From: Mobula hypostoma
Taxonomy: Eukaryota
Length of the DNA stretch: 64,000 bases
Direction: 5' to 3'
Assembly: GCF_963921235.1 (NCBI RefSeq)
Contig: NC_086097.1
Coordinates: 95,172,001 to 95,236,000 of the forward strand
The translations under genes and the position numbers were made by a program. The number at the start of each line of letters is the position of its first letter. Position 1 is the first letter of the stretch. Positions 25,143 to 37,731 of the stretch are shown piece after piece. The notes under the pieces were generated by a model. It saw nothing but the letters and a program-made list of their open reading frames with translations, did no database searches and had not been told where the DNA came from.

Positions 25143-28100
25143 TTACCGGAAGTTGGAGAATTCTATGTTCATACCAAGGGGCTGGAGACTACCTAGACGG
25201 TATATGAGGTGTTGCTCCTCCAACCTGAGTTTAGCCTCATCATGGCAGTAAAGGAGGCCATGTATGGACATATCTGAATGGGAGTGGGAAGCAGAGTTGA
25301 AGCGGGTGGCTACTGGGAGATCCTGTCTGCTGTGGCGGACGGAGCGGAGGTGCTCAACGAAGCGGTCCCCCATTCTGCGTCGGGTTTCACCGATGTAGAG
25401 GACGCCGCACCGGATGCAATGGATGACCCCAACAGACTCACAAGTGAAGTGTTGCCTCACCTGGAAGGACTGTTTGGGGCCCTGAATGGCGGCAAGAGAG
25501 GAGGTGTAGGGACAGGTGTAGCACTTACGCTTACAGGGATAAGTGAGATCCATGGGGAGGGACGTGTGGATCAGGGAGTCACGGAGGGACCGATCCCTGC
25601 GGAAAGCGGAGAGAGGCGGAAAAGGAAAGATGTGCTTAGTGGTGGGGTCCTGTTGAAGGTGGCGGAAGTTGCGGAGGATAATGTGCTGGATCTGGAGGCT
25701 GGTGGGGTGGTAGGTGAGGACAAGGGGAACTCTGTCCCTGTTGTGGTGGCGGGAGGATGGGGTGAGGACCGAAGTGCGGGAAATGGAGGAGATGCGGGTG
25801 AGGACATCATTGATGACGGGCAGAAGGAAAACCACGAACCTTAAAGAAAGAGGACATTTGAGATGTCCTGGAACGGAAAACTCTCATCCTGGGAGCAGAT
25901 GCGGCAGAGACGGAGGAACTGGGAATAGGGAATGGCATTTTTGCATGTGGCGGGGTGGGAAGAGGTATAGTCGAGGTAGTTATGAGAGTCAGTGGGCTTA
26001 TAGAAGATGTCAGTGGACAGTCTGTCTCCAGAGATGGAGACCGAAAGATCGAGAAAGGGGAGAGAAGTGTCCAAGATGGACCAAGTGAATTTGAGGGCTG
26101 GGTGGAAGTTTGAAGTAAAGTCGATGAAATTGACGAGCTCAGCATGGGTGCAGGAAGCAGCACCAATGTAGTCGTCAATGTACCAAGGGAAAAGTTGGGG
26201 AGTAGTACCAGAATAGGTTTGGAGCACAGACTGTTCCAAATAACCAACAAAGAGGCAGGCATTGCTGGGGCCCATGTGAGTGCCCATAGCTACACCTTTG
26301 GTCTGAAGAAAGTGGGAACAGCCAAAACAGAAGTTATTAAGTGTGAGTATCAGTTCTTCCAACCGGAGGAGGGTAGTGGTGGTGGGAAACTGGTGAGGTC
26401 TATTATCCAGAAAGTAGTGGAGGGCCTTGAGGCCTTCTTGATGGGGAATGGAGGTGTATAGGGATTGGACATCCATAGTGAAAATGAAGCACTCGGGACC
26501 AGGGAACTGGAAGTTATTGAAGAGGTGGAGGGCATGGATGTATCCCGGATATGGGTGGGGAGGGACTGAACTATGGGTGACAAAATGGAGTCCAGGTAGG
26601 CAGATAGAAGTTCGGTTGGACAGGAGCAGGCGGAAACTATGGGTCTACTGGGACAGTCAGGCTTGTGAATCTTGGGGAGGAGGTAAAACCAAGCGGTACG
26701 GGGTGTGGGAATTATGAGTTTAGCGGCTGAGGATGGAATGTCCCCGGAGTTGATAAGGGTGGTGATGGTATGGGAGGGAATGGTTTGAATTTTTTTGGTG
26801 GGGTCCTGTTCCAGGGGTAAGTAAGAGGAGGTATCAGAGAGCTGCCGTTTGGCCTCAGTGAGGTAGAGGTCCGTCCACCAGACTACTACGGCACCACCTT
26901 TGTCTGAGGGTTTGATGGTGAGGTTGGGATTAATGCAGAGAGAGTGGAGGGCAGTGCGTTCAGAGGGAGTGAGGTTGGAACAGGAGAGAGGAGTGCTGAA
27001 GTTGAGACAGTTGATGTCTCGGCAACAGTTGGAGATAAAAAGATCGAGTGCAGGTAGAAGGCCTGGGCGGGGTGTCCAGGAGGAAGAGGAGGGTTGAAGA
27101 CAGGAGAAGGGGTCATCAGTAGGGGGAGGGGAATCTTTGCCAAAAAAGTAGGCTCAGAGACATAGGCGACGGAAGAAGAGTTCAGCGTCATGGCGGGCAC
27201 AGAACTCACTGAGGTGTGGACGGAGGGGGACAAAAGTGAGGCCCTTGCTAAGGATAGAACATTCTGCTTCAGAGAGGGGAAGGTCAGATGGGATGGTGAA
27301 GACATGGCAAGGGTTGGGGCTGGGGTCTGGGGTCAGAGGAAGGTGAAGAGTGGGAGGTCTCAGGAGGGAGAGGGGGGTTGGGATATTCAGGGAGAGTGGG
27401 GTTAGGGGAGGATGAGGGATCAGAGGAATGGAGGGACGATGAGGAGTAGAAGGAAGGTTGGGAGTCGCGGGGAGGAGAAGAGGGTAGTGGGGGAATAAGC
27501 AGCAGTAAGAGCGGTCCTGGTCTGGTGAGGGTCGGGACCTCAGTCCGAGCTGGATCTGGAGCTGAGGGTGGCGAAGCTTGTAACCTGCAGGACCCCAGAA
27601 CTGAGGTCGGAGTCGAAGGTGAGTGAGTCCATGGCCCGCTGGCGGCTGGTGCCCATGTCTGGGAGGCCGTGGTACCAATCGGGGTCAGAATATGAGGCGG
27701 ATGGGTCTTCGGCCTGCTGAAGGCCTGAGAAGTCGAGGTCCGAGGGGTCGGGGTCCGGGCCTGGAGCCGGTCGTTGTCATGGGCTTGTGGTCCTTCTTGG
27801 ATGCAAGGAAGGAGAAGAAATGGCGGTTGGAGGCGTGAGTCCGGCGGAGAATGAAGTGTAGGAGAGGTCCATGGCAGACGGTGGAGAGTGAGGCCCGGAG
27901 TGGTGGTAGAGAGAGGAACAGGGCCCGTAGGTATCTCCGCATGGCAGTGAGCGTGGCACGGAGAATCCGGCGGGAGCAGCGGTCAATGAAACGGAGGTAT
28001 CTGGGATCCACGTCGGGCCCGAACTGGGAGACCTGGAACCAGAGCTGGAATCCCTGCGGTAACAGATGGTGGTGGAGACACGTTCCCAGGAAGGAGACGT

Positions 28101-28272
28101 GGCTGTGGGAGCGGGTCTGGGTCAGGATCTGGTTGAAGAGTCGGAGAGAGGCGGAGATCACAGAGGGGGAGCAGTGAGAGAGGGTCTCACTGAATTCCCG
28201 TTGAAGGGAAGATTTAAACTTCTTCAGGGTAGGCATACCTCGAAGAAACTTCGCAGCGGAGTAGCGAATCAA
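25143..28272 (-). pseudogene. Full-length but multiply frameshifted PLE ORF (N-terminal domain, Pro-rich linker, RT, GIY-YIG)
   Basis: ORF fragments 27685-28272, 27154-27678, 25841-26476 (MDVQSLYTSIP..YIDD) and 25143-25835 (LYIGETRR..RFVEH..GMNIEFSNFR*). Confidence 0.9.
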
Positions 28273-28364
28273 AACATAAAATACTCTGCAGATGCTGGGG
28301 TCAAAGCAACACGCACAACACGCTGCAGGAACTCAGCAGGTCGGGCAGCATCTGTGGAAAAGAT

Positions 28365-28402
28365 CAGTCAACGTTTCAGGCCGGAACCCTTCGTCAGGAC
28401 TG
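28365..28402 (-). ncRNA. Minimal type I hammerhead ribozyme motif (GUU triplet)
   Basis: Minus strand: CAGTC-CTGACGA-AGGGTTCCGGCCT-GAAAC-GTT-GACTG. 5-bp stem I and an AACGUU palindrome. Confidence 0.8.
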
Positions 28403-30069
28403 AAGAGGGAAGGGGCAGAGGCCCTATAAAGAAGGTGGGGGGAGGGTGGGAAGGAGAAGGCTGGTAGGTTCCAGGTGAAAAACCAGTAAGGGGAAAGATA
28501 AAGGGGTGTGGGAGGGGAAGCAGGGTGGTGATAGGCAGGAAAGGTGAAGAAGGAATAGGGGAAAACACAATGGGTAGTAGAAGGAGGCAGAACCATGAGG
28601 GAGATGACAGGCAGCTGGGGGAGGGGGGCAGAGTGAAATAGGGATAGGGGAAGGGAGGGGGAGGGAATTACCGGAAGTTGGAGAATTCTATGTTCATACC
28701 AAGGGGCTGGAGACTACCTAGACAGTATATGAGGTGTTGCTCCTCCAACTTGAGTTTAACCTCATCATGGCAGTAGAGGAGGCCATATATGGATATATCC
28801 GAATGGGAATGGGAAGCAGAGTTGAAGTGGGTGGCTACCGGGAGATCCTGTCTGTTGTGGCGGACGGAGTGGAGGTGCTCGACGAAGTGGTCCCCCAATC
28901 TGCGTCGGGTTTCACCGATGTAGAGGAGGCCACACCAGGAGCACCGGATGCAATAGATGACCCCAACAGACTCACAATTGAAGTGTTGCTTCATCTGGAA
29001 GGACTGTTTGGGGCCCTGAATGGTAGTCACTCTGCCCCCTCCCCTAGCTGCCTATCACCCCCCTCATGGTTCCACCTCCTTCTACTACCCATTGTGTTTT
29101 CCCCTATTCCTTCTACACCTTTCCTGCCTATCACCTCCCTGCTTCCCCTCCCCCACCCCTTTATCTTTCCCCTTACTGGTTTTTCACCTGGAACCTACCA
29201 GCCTTCTCCTTCCCACCCTCTCCCCACCTTCTTCATAGGGCCTCTGCCCCTTCCCCCTACAGTCCTGATAAAGGGTTCCGGCCCAAAAAGTCGACCGATC
29301 TTTTCCACGGATGCTGCTCGACCTGCTGAGTTCCTCCAGTGTGTTGTGAGTGTTGCTTTTTTTCCCCTGTTGTCTTCATGTCTTCTCCTAAGGTCCCAAG
29401 TCATAAAGATAGGCCCTTTGATCTCCCATGAGGACAATCAAACTCTCATTTACAATTATCCAATCTTCCTCTCATCAATGGTCTCCAGATCCTCCCACCT
29501 CTATTTCACTTTACAGTAGCAAATTACCTATCAAACCGCTTGCTTTTGGGGTAACAGAACACCAAGGGGAGTCCTATACAGGCACAGAGAGAAATGTAGC
29601 TGACTGGATAAAGCACCATTGTGCCAATGACGGGACAACATCGATAAGCCTGCAATGGCTTTCTCTTTGGTTCTTGCTACAGCCTTTGGAACAAATCAGT
29701 CAGTGAACTGTGACCTACATTAAACTCCCCTAATTATTGAGAAGTTGAAATATTGTCCAGGAGTGATTCTTCTCCCACAGGGGCAGGGGTTCGAAACAAA
29801 GGTAGCCACAATTACTAAGGAACCTGTTGCAATCAACTTATCCCTTCTGTTAAATCAACAGACCCTAAACAGGACTCATGACTACAGGAGAACAGCCAGT
29901 ACATATTGTTAAGCTACTGATGCAAAGAAACCATCACAACAATAATCATTTGCAGAAAACTTCATCTTCAGTCCTTCTGGTGTCTTGCATTTTGTCCACC
30001 TTTAAATGTAGCAAAACATCTTAAAATATATTGTAAGAGCATTATCAAACAAAATATGACACGAGGCAA

Positions 30070-30285
30070 AGTAGCGACCTGGGTTTAATCTTGACCTCTG
30101 TGTGGAGTTTGCACATTCTCTCTGTGATTGTATGGGTTTCCTTATGTGCTCCAGTTTCTTCCCACATCCCAAAGATTCATGGTTAGATAGATTAATTGGC
30201 CACTGTAAACAGTTCCTTGAGTGTCAGCCATCACAGTAGAGGTTGGAGGATCTGGGAGGAACTTTTGAGAATAAAACTGAACAAT
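30070..30285 (+). mobile_element. V-SINE-like element
   Basis: GTGTGGAGTTTGCACATTCTC..GGGTTTCC..TGCTCCAGTTTCTTCCCACATCCCAAAGA. Confidence 0.65.
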
Positions 30286-30512
30286 TATAAATGGAAGCTT
30301 GATGATCTGCAGAGAATAAGTGAACCAGAGCGCCCATTTCTAAGCTGTATGTTTCTATGACATGAATCCCTAGAAGATTTGAATTGACAATTGGCAATTA
30401 CTATTGTCACAGTAAAAATATTTGTTTTTGCATAACATCCATACATATCATTTCCAAACATAAGTACATCAAGATAGTACAAATGGAAAAGCAGCAACAG
30501 GTTGCAGAATAT

Positions 30513-32160
30513 AGAATCAGAATCAGGTTTATTATCACCGGTATGTGTCGTGAAATTTGTTAACTTAGCAGCAGCAGTTCAATACAACACATAATATAGA
30601 AGAGAAAAAAAACAAAATAAAATAATAATAATAATTAAATCAATTACAGTATATGTATATCGAATAGATTAAGACTTGTGTAAAAACAGAAATAATATAT
30701 ATTTTTAAAAAATGAGGTAGCATCCAAGGATTCAATGTCCATTTAGGAATCAGATGGCAGAGGGGAAGAAGCTGTTCCTGAATCACTGAGTGTGTGCCTT
30801 CAGGCCTCTGTACCTCCTACCTGATGGTAACAGTGAGAAAAGAACATGCCCTGGGTGCTGGAGGTCCTTAATAATAGAAGCTGGCTTTCTGAGACACCAC
30901 TCCTTGAAGGTGTCCTGGGTACTTTGTAGGCTAGTGCCCAAGATGGAGCTGACTAAATTCACAATCCTCTGCAGCGTCTTTCGGTCCTGTGCAGTAGCAC
31001 CACCCGCCCCCCCCACATACCGGACAGTGCTGCAGACTGTCAGAATGCTCTCCATGGTACATCTATAGAAGTTTTTGAGTGTATTTGTTGACATACCAAA
31101 TCTCTTCAAACTCCTAATGAAGTATAGCCGCTGTCTTGCCTTCTTTATAACTGCATCGATATGTTGGGACCAGGTTAGATCCTCAGAGATCTTGACACCC
31201 AGGAACTTGAAACTGCTCACTCTCTCCACTTCTGATCCCTCTATGAGGATTGGTATGTGTTCCTTCGTCTTAACCTTTCAGAAGTCCACAATCAGCTGTT
31301 CCGTATTACTGACGTTGAGTGCCAGGTTGTTGCTGCGGCACCACTCCACTAGTTGGCATATCTCACTCCTGTACATCCTCTCGTCATCATCTGAGATTCT
31401 ACCAACAATGGTTGCATCATCAGCAAATTTATAGATGGCATTTGAGCTAAACCTAGCCACACAGTCGTGGGTACAGAGGAGAGTAGGGCAGAGGGCTAAG
31501 CACACACGCCTGCAGTGCACCAGTGTTGATCATCAGTGAGGAGGAGATGTTATCACCAATCCGCACAGATTGTGGTCTTCCAGTTAGGAAATCAAGGATC
31601 CAATTGCAGGAGGTACAGAGGCCCAAGTTCTGCAACTTCTCAATCAGGATTGTGAGAATGATGGTGTTAAATGCTGAGCTGTAGTTGATGAACAGCATCC
31701 TGACACAGGTGTTTGAGTTGTCCAGGTGGTCTAAAGCCGTGTGAAGAGCCACTGAGATTGCATCTGCCATTGACCTATTATAGCAAAAGGCAAATTACAA
31801 TGGGTCCAGGTCCCTGCTGAGGCAGGAGTTCAGTCTAGTTATGATCAACCTCTCAAAGCATTTCATCCCTGTAGACATGAGTGCTACCGGGTGATAATTA
31901 GTCATTAAGGCAGCTCACATTATTCTTCTTAGGCACTGATATAATTGTTGCCTTTTTGATGCAAGTGGGAACTTCCGCCCATAGCAGTGAGAAGTTGAAA
32001 ACGTCCTTGAATATTCCCACCAGTCGGTTGCCACAAGTTTTCGGAACTTTACCAGGTACTCCATTGGGACACTCAGCCTTGCGAGGGTTCACTCTCCTTA
32101 AAGACAGTCTAACACCGGCCTCTGAGACAGAGCTCACAGTGTCACCAGGTGCAGCAGGGG
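30513..32160 (-). mobile_element. Rex1/Babar LINE, 5'-truncated (RT to 3' UTR)
   Basis: VNPRKA..P(N)GVPG, VPTC.KKATII.VPKK, IYKFADDATIVGRI, FKFLGV..KKARQRLYF..LLPSGRRYR. Tail (TTCTGA)n. Confidence 0.92.
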
Positions 32161-34504
32161 TACAGGTGCATAGTGTTACATTTATAGAGAAAGTACAGTG
32201 AAAACACTAGACCAAAAAGCAAACAGTTAGGTTTTACAGAAGAGTGAGAAAGTGGCAGAGATTGTCAAAAGGTTTAGAGAACAAATACCAGAGTTTAGGG
32301 CCAAGGCCACTAAATAGCTAGCAATCACAGGTGAACAGAGCTGGAGCTATTCATGAGGTCAGCCCTGAAGGAGAACAGATAACTTGGAGGAGAATACAGA
32401 TGTAGAAAAGAATTGTGGACCTGTGGGCATCTGAAAACAAGCATGAGAACCATACAATATTGTAATTCCATAACTGGGAACCAATATAAAATGGTGAAAT
32501 TGTGTAATTGGGACATTGCAAGTTAGACCATGGCAGCAGATGTTGGATAATATCTAATTTTTAAGAGCGGGAGATTTGGAAAAGACTGCGTCAAAACAAC
32601 TAAGCCTAGGGGATGATAAAAGCAAAGGTAAGGGCTACAGCCTGTAATATTTTAAGTAGGAGGGTTTACTGTGAAGATGCAAATAGGTGATCTTAGCAAT
32701 GATGCTGAAGACGTGCAGTAATTTCTGCTAAGCATCAAAAATGAAACCAGAAGTATAAATATCTGGTTTGGCCTCAAGCAGTACCCAGAAAATAAAGGCA
32801 ATTACATGCCTGTACTTTGGTTTCAGGCTATGCTGAAATGCCTTGCAGTAAATGATTACTTCCACTGCAATGTAAGAACAGTGAGCGATAAGTAGAAATC
32901 AATGTCAAAAGAATAGAACCTTCAGAATGAACGTGTCAGAGGGATTGGGGGGAACAGGCCGAGAGCTGAATGTGCCAGGTTTCAGAGACGAACAGCAACT
33001 TTTCTGCCCACAGCACCGTCACTTCTACTGTGATGTACAGTGAGCCACCAGCCAGGCTTTAAAGGATTGAGGGGAGAAGCCAAACCAAGATCAGGCCAAC
33101 ATTTCCAAAAATTCCACTCCTAGATTCCTGCTGAATGGTTGAATATAGCTGGTTATTAAGGGAATCTAGAGAAGTGGGGATCACTCCATCCTTACTTGTC
33201 TCTCATTCCACCCTCTCGGCCCTCTCTCTGCCCATTTGATCCCAACTCATCCTTTGCTTCAGCCACTCGACCCTCACTTCAGCAACTTGGAATCCACTTT
33301 ACCCTCTCTCTGACCACACAAACCTTGTTCTTGCTGCCCGGTCCCCATTCGTACCTCACTATGGCCACTCAACTGCTTACTCATCTCTTACCCTGGTCAC
33401 TTGTCTCCCATGACTGCCTGTCCTCTCTTTGCAAAGTGGGTTAAATAATGGGCAGTCCTCAAATACATGTAATCTTTCTTTAGCAAGATTATCAAAACAA
33501 ATATTAGCTCGATAACAAACTGTTTCAGGAAAAAAGTGAAATCTATCCCATATTAGTAATAAAATTCCTAGCAAAAAGAAAACAAAGCTTAAGTTATCTA
33601 AATAAGTAATGCTGAACCATTAATCCTGAGTAGATTGTGTTTGATATTAAACATAGATCAATTTGAGTACTCTTGCAATCCTCACTGTGCATGCTAATCC
33701 CATTAATCAAGGCCAGATTTGGATGCAAGCAGCTCTGGCACCAGAATCACTGCAGAGTTTTGTGGTATTGTGTATGCTGAATAATACAGAGCAAGTTTTA
33801 TTTAATTGCCAGAGAATCATAGCTCTCAGATCTACTGAAGTAGAGCTTCAAAAACACAGGCCACATCGTTGGTGGTTTCAACCTCTTCAAGCACAAGCAG
33901 GATATGGTTGTGTTTTCATTCTCACACAGCCCTAAGAGCAGTACCATAGAACGTGTTTCTTACCAATGGAGATCTAGTCCCAATCTAAGAGGGACAGGTT
34001 AATTTCAAGCCCAAAGAATCTTTGCTGCTTATTGAAAAGATGAGGCAAGATTAAGGAAGCAGAAACTGGTAGTTGGAGGATGCGTGGAGAAGAAATGCCA
34101 GGAATCAGATGAGCAATCTTATGGTTTTTGAACTTTGATCAAGCATAGAATTAAAACTTTCTATAGTCAAGTTCAAGTGATAAAGTATCCTGAAATACTT
34201 TGTAGAGATTCTTATTTTATTCATGAAGAAGGACTACACGATACTAAAAGGTTAGGATGATCAATAGCCACATTATGTGGGATCACTCAATTCCACAGCC
34301 AAATGATGTCAGGACCTTTCCATTCTACAGTTGTGGATGAACAGGTCAACTCCAGCCCAATGTCAGAGATCAATGGAATCAATCCAAAAGTCACTAGATC
34401 ATTCCATCCCATGGCTACGGAACACTAGACTAATTCATTCACATAGCTGAGGGTCATTGGGATCATTCAATCTCTTAAGTGAAGAATGCTGAAATCATTC
34501 CCTC

Positions 34505-35040
34505 GAATGCAAGAGTAGGAAGATTATGGTGCAACATTATAAAACATCATTTATGCCATGGCTACAAACAGTGCAAAATTCTGGTTGCCACACTATAGTA
34601 CAGATATAATGGAGAGGGTACGGAAGATGTTGCCTAGGATGGTGCTTCAATTATGAGGAGTTATGATGATAGCATCAGTTTATTTTCCTTGGAGTAGTTG
34701 GGACTGAGATATACAAAGAGAGGCATAGATAGGGTAGAAAGTTGTAAACTTTATCACATAACAGAAACATAATACATTAGTTTAGGGCAAGAGGTAAGCT
34801 TTTCAGAGCAGACCCATGTGAGGATTTTTTAATCAAAATGATTGCAAACTGAAATATGTGGCCTGAAGGGGTAGTCGAGACAGGTACTCCCAGTACATTT
34901 AAATATCTGGAATGGCACTTGACTTACCAAGGTATGAAAGGCTATACATTAAGTGCTCCCAAATGGGATTGATAAAGATAGGTGTCAGACATCAGCACAG
35001 ACACAGTGGGTACAAGGTGTTTCATTGCTATATAATTCAA
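34505..35040 (+). mobile_element. Highly degenerate CR1 LINE 3' fragment
   Basis: TTCTGGTTGCCACACTATAG..GGAGAGGGTACGGAAGATGTTGCCTAGGATGG resembles the CR1 3' coding region. Confidence 0.55.
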
Positions 35041-35509
35041 CCCCAAGTTACTCTGAATGGGATTTCTCCTGTCAGATCCTCAGTTGCTCTGTACCCCACT
35101 GGGAAGGTGGGTGTACTGCAAAGTGAACCCAGAATCACTCCATACCTTTGTTGGATGAATGAAGATCAGCAGGAGGTGTGGTTACTTGCCTGATATTCGA
35201 TTTATGACAAAGACTGCTGGAGGAAGTGCTTCTAAACCACTGTTAAATGTAGCAATGAGTGTTTGGGTTAGCAACATAAACATGTTTGATGTAAAACTTG
35301 TAATGGAACAAAGAACAACTGAATCTGTTGATAGCAATAGGTCTGAGCCAGGATCTAAAAGAAGAGTCTGCAAATAGCAGAAGCCACTTTGATCAGCAGA
35401 CACAAGAGGCCATCCTGTGGCTATGATACTGTCACCACAACTTTATTGATTGGGCTTGGATAATCTTCTGACAAGACATCTTTTGAGGAAGGACGTGAAT
35501 TTCTATCAT

Positions 35510-35757
35510 TATTTCCCAGCTCTTTACTTCATCCCTCCCCCTTCATGTTTCACCTATCACTTTGTGTTTCTCTCTTCCCTCCCCCCATCTTTTAAATCTA
35601 CTCCTCAGTTTTTCTTCTCCAGTCCTGCTGAAGGGTCTCAGCCCGAAATGTCGACTGTAATCCTTTCCATGGACACTACCTGGCCTGCTGAGTTCCTGCA
35701 GCATTTTGTGTGTATTGCTTGGATTTCCAGCATTGCAGATTTTCTCTTGTTTGTGAT
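35510..35757 (+). mobile_element. Solo PLE pLTR fragment (third subfamily) with a mutated hammerhead at 35621-35657
   Basis: AGTCCTGCTGAAGGGTCTCAGCCCGAAATGTCGACT. Perfect 14-bp direct repeat TGAATTTCTATCAT at 35496-35509 and 35758-35771. Confidence 0.8.
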
Positions 35758-35785
35758 TGAATTTCTATCATGCCTTTCACAGTGA

Positions 35786-36190
35786 TTAGCAAGACTTTAC
35801 AGCTGATGAATTATGAAAAGAGTAGTCACTGCTGCAGGGTACAACAATACATTTACATAGGAGACCGGCAAACAAGCAGAAGTGTGAGACTGGATGCATA
35901 GTCTGTCTTATGATTTTGAATAGTAGCCTTTGAGACAGCTTGAGATGTTTTACCATATAAAAGATGCCAATATACATGTAAGTTGTTGTTAGGTAAATGT
36001 TTGCCTACTCCCTGGGAAAACAGCACTTTCATGAGATCTTTAACACACCTGAGAGGGCAGACTAGGTCTTGGTTTAAGTACACTTTCTAGAATCTGTACT
36101 TCCTCAGACCTTCACTGGAATATTCAGATAGATTGTGTGCTTGAATCTATGAGGGAAGGTTTGAATTAATAAACCTCTGACATTAAGCAA
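35786..36190. mobile_element. Ancient Deu-SINE-like (SacSINE/AmnSINE-like) fragments
   Basis: Resembles the Deu domain and tail (CACCTGAGAGGGCAGACTAGGTCTTGGTTTAA; AAAGATGCCAATATACATGTAAGTTGTTGTT). Recognised from memory only. Confidence 0.4.
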
Positions 36191-36484
36191 TAAACAATCT
36201 GATGCAGGAACTCAGTAGGTCGAGCAGTATCTGTGTGAGGGAAGGAATTTTCAACGTTTCTGGACATTCCTACCATCTTTGACTCAGAGACAATGGTTCA
36301 GCCTTTGAAACAAAGATGAAAAGGTATCAGGAATTCATTTAGGTGATTGTCACAACTAGAATAAAGCTATATTAGATACCAGAGTCTAAACCTCATCTGT
36401 ACTGAGTTAGCTGATCTCAACTAATGGGAAAGGTAGAACTGCATTATTGCCAGAAGTGAGGTAGTAGAAGTGGAATAAGCTGAT

Positions 36485-37268
36485 CAGAATCAGAATCAGA
36501 TTTAATATCACCGGCATATGCCATGAAATTTGTTAACTTTACAGCAGCAGTAAGATGAAATACATGATAAATAAATATAGAGAAAAAACTGAGTTACATT
36601 TAGGGCATATATGTCTATTAGGTTAAGTTAAAATAAGTACTGCAAAATAATAGAAAAAAAAAGTAGTGAGGTAGTGTCCTTGGGTTCAATGTCCATTTAG
36701 GAATCAGATGGCAGAGGGGAAGAAGCTGTTCCTGAATCACTGAGTGTGTGCCTTCAGGCTTCTGTACCTCCTTCCTGTTTGTGGCAATGAGAAAAGGGCA
36801 TGTCCTGGGTGGCTGGGGTTCTTAATGAAGGACGCCGCCTTTCTGAGGATACTATCGAGGCTAGTACCCATAAAGGAGCTGACTAATTTTACAAGTTTCT
36901 GCAACTTATTTCGATCTTGTGCAGTAGCTCCACTATACCAGATGGTGATGCAGCCAGTCATAATGCTCTCCACAGTACATTTGTAGAAGTTTTCAAGTGT
37001 TTTAGCTGACAAATCAAATCTCCTCAAACTCCTAATGAAATATAGCTGCTGTCTTGCCTTCTTTACAGCTGCATCAATATGTTGCACCCAGGTTAGGTCC
37101 TCAGAGAAAATTTATTATTTTAACAATAAGCTACATAACAGATCAACTAAGTGACACCCAGGAACTTGAAAGTGCTCACTCTCTCCAATTCTGATCCTTT
37201 GTGAGGATTGCTTCGTGTTCCCTCTTCTTATCCTTCCTGAAGTCCACAATCAGCTCTTTGGTCTTGCA
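36485..37268 (-). mobile_element. Rex1/Babar LINE 3' end
   Basis: ORF 36737-37087 contains QHIDAAVKKARQQLYFIRSLRRF..GRRYRSLKAHTQ. Tail (TCTGAT)n. Homologous to 30513-31300. Confidence 0.9.
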
Positions 37269-37410
37269 TATAAAATCAAGCACAGGAAATAGATGAGGAT
37301 TGGAGTGTGCGTCAGGAGGACTTAGGACTGAAGGAACCTGTGTCAATAGAATCCCATTCTGAAACTTCTGATCATAAATCTACTTACACATTTTTATCGT
37401 GAAGTAAAAA

Positions 37411-37570
37411 AATACAACTGTTGGGGGAACTCAAAGGGCTAGCAGTGGCTGTGGAGGAAAAGGGATAGGAAATATTTGGGGTTAAGACCAAGTATCAGGA
37501 CTGATGCAAGACCTCGGCCCAGAAAGTCAACAATTCCTGTTCCCTCACCTGCTGATCCCAGCATTGTGTC
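37411..37570. mobile_element. Very degenerate fold-back pLTR element
   Basis: Centre GTATCAG-GA-CTGATGC, followed by AAGACCTCGGCCCAGAAAGTCAAC (decayed hammerhead). Arms are pLTR-like. Confidence 0.45.
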
Positions 37571-37731
37571 TCCATATTTTGTGTGGAGTCTCCCACAGGA
37601 AGAATTATATACCCAGACCCTGAGAAACAGTGAGCCAAATAACCATCTCATTATCTCAAACTCCTTATGCACGCCTCCTCCCAAGGTTCACAACAGGAGT
37701 TGCATTGAGAGTGGAAATATAGAGGGATATC

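Larger units (their letters stand above)
24747..29357 (-). mobile_element. Neptune-type Penelope-like retrotransposon, family B, with partial-tandem plus inverted-pLTR architecture
   Basis: Full unit 24747-28272 (N-terminal HVSFLGTCL..PQGF, RT with YIDD, GIY-YIG, pLTR). Upstream pLTR 28273-28667, duplicated GIY-YIG 3' end 28668-29025, inverted pLTR 29026-29357. Both flanks read T7CC (possible TSD). Confidence 0.95.

Noticed and set aside
28734..29519. 261-aa plus-strand ORF, and similar Pro/Leu- or Gly/Arg-rich ORFs over pLTRs
   Set aside because: Antisense or low-complexity read-through of PLE sequence, not independent genes.
35159..35403. ORFs on both strands with a possible GC donor
   Set aside because: No recognisable protein and ambiguous acceptor sites.
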